Shown here piece by piece: positions 63,619-64,000 of a stretch of 64,000 nucleotides of DNA. Location of the stretch: positions 443,911-507,910 of IMG/VR virus record IMGVR_UViG_3300049793_000366. The stretch is one strand, 5' to 3'. The notes beneath the pieces are model-generated. The model made no database searches. It saw only the letters and a program-made list of their open reading frames with translations, and was not told where the DNA came from. Each line of letters opens with the position of its first letter. Positions within the stretch are counted from its first letter, which is position 1. Made by a program: the position numbers and the translations under genes.

Positions 63619-63891
63619 ATGGATAATAACACCAGACTTAAATATTTAGTGGACTATTATGAGTACCTGGTAACGTTCGACCAGTCACAGTCATTGTTAT
63701 CTATTGGTGTACACATACATCATAATGTTCTTGGTGAAGACATCATCACCGATGGTGACCTATCAAACATTGAGTATGATTTGGAAACAGAACGAGACAT
63801 CATCAGCATTGAGAATAATATAACCTTATTAACCTTCAAACAATACCTAAGAGATAAAACCCTAACTACATTATTAGACAATGGCAATTAA
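63619..63891 (+). CDS. Helical family protein with C-tag
   Basis: YYEYLVTFD; LRDKTLTTLL. Confidence 0.75.
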   Translation: MDNNTRLKYLVDYYEYLVTFDQSQSLLSIGVHIHHNVLGEDIITDGDLSNIEYDLETERDIISIENNITLLTFKQYLRDKTLTTLLDNGN

Positions 63892-64000
63892 ATCACTATC
63901 AATAAACAAACCCAAGACACAAGTGGAAAAACGAATTTCTAAGCGCGAGGAAACACGCAATAAGAGAGCTGATAAAATAGCTCGTGAAGTGCGTTATCAA
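63881..64000 (+). CDS. Hypothetical protein (3' truncated)
   Basis: MAIKSLSINKPK..., open to window end. Confidence 0.5.
   Translation, partial: MAIKSLSINKPKTQVEKRISKREETRNKRADKIAREVRYQ

Noticed and set aside
1-64000. Stop-codon reassignment as the cause of the many short ORFs
   Set aside because: ORFs end with TAA, TAG and TGA right after the C-tag and are coupled to the next start in another frame, so the short genes look real under code 11
1-64000. Eukaryotic giant virus origin (ankyrin, GNA1, AT-rich)
   Set aside because: Overlapping operonic genes, Rho-independent terminators, Bacteroidota promoters, Clp ATPase and resolvase all point to a bacteriophage

Overview
AT-rich, gene-dense 64 kb segment made almost entirely of short, translationally coupled ORFs. 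It reads best as the accessory region of a very large (jumbo-type) phage of a Bacteroidota host, based on Bacteroidota sigma-A-type TTTG-N20-TAnnTTTG promoters and a Bacteroidota-like ClpC and cytochrome c. No structural or core replication genes, tRNAs or CRISPR array were seen. Recognisable genes are few: ClpC/ClpB C-terminus, DUF1653, serine recombinase, ParB-like protein, two GNATs, HNH, ankyrin protein, cytochrome c. The main signal is a two-class labelling system. About 85-90 unrelated small ORFs (hand count) carry an R-[DE]-x-[KQ]-[IL]-x-x-[IL]-L helix, nearly always at the C-terminus ('C-tag'); many of them lie downstream of a conserved early-type promoter that has a CGGA-N6-TCCG dyad in its spacer. 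A separate set of 24 ORFs starts with M-[KR]-[HY]-[LI]-K-x-[FY]-[EN] ('N-tag', reminiscent of the T4 capsid-targeting propeptide), and every N-tag operon begins 4-6 nt after an (A/T)AATATATA-type motif. No ORF carries both tags. A candidate replication origin lies at about 24.3-25.3 kb, with a visible GC-skew switch, DnaA-type boxes, helically phased 16-bp AATTAAAATGCCACAC repeats and GNA-triloop ssDNA hairpins on opposite strands. Two structured ncRNA candidates are also present. Many start codons were moved from the ORF track to fit the promoter and coupling evidence. All counts and alignments were done by eye.
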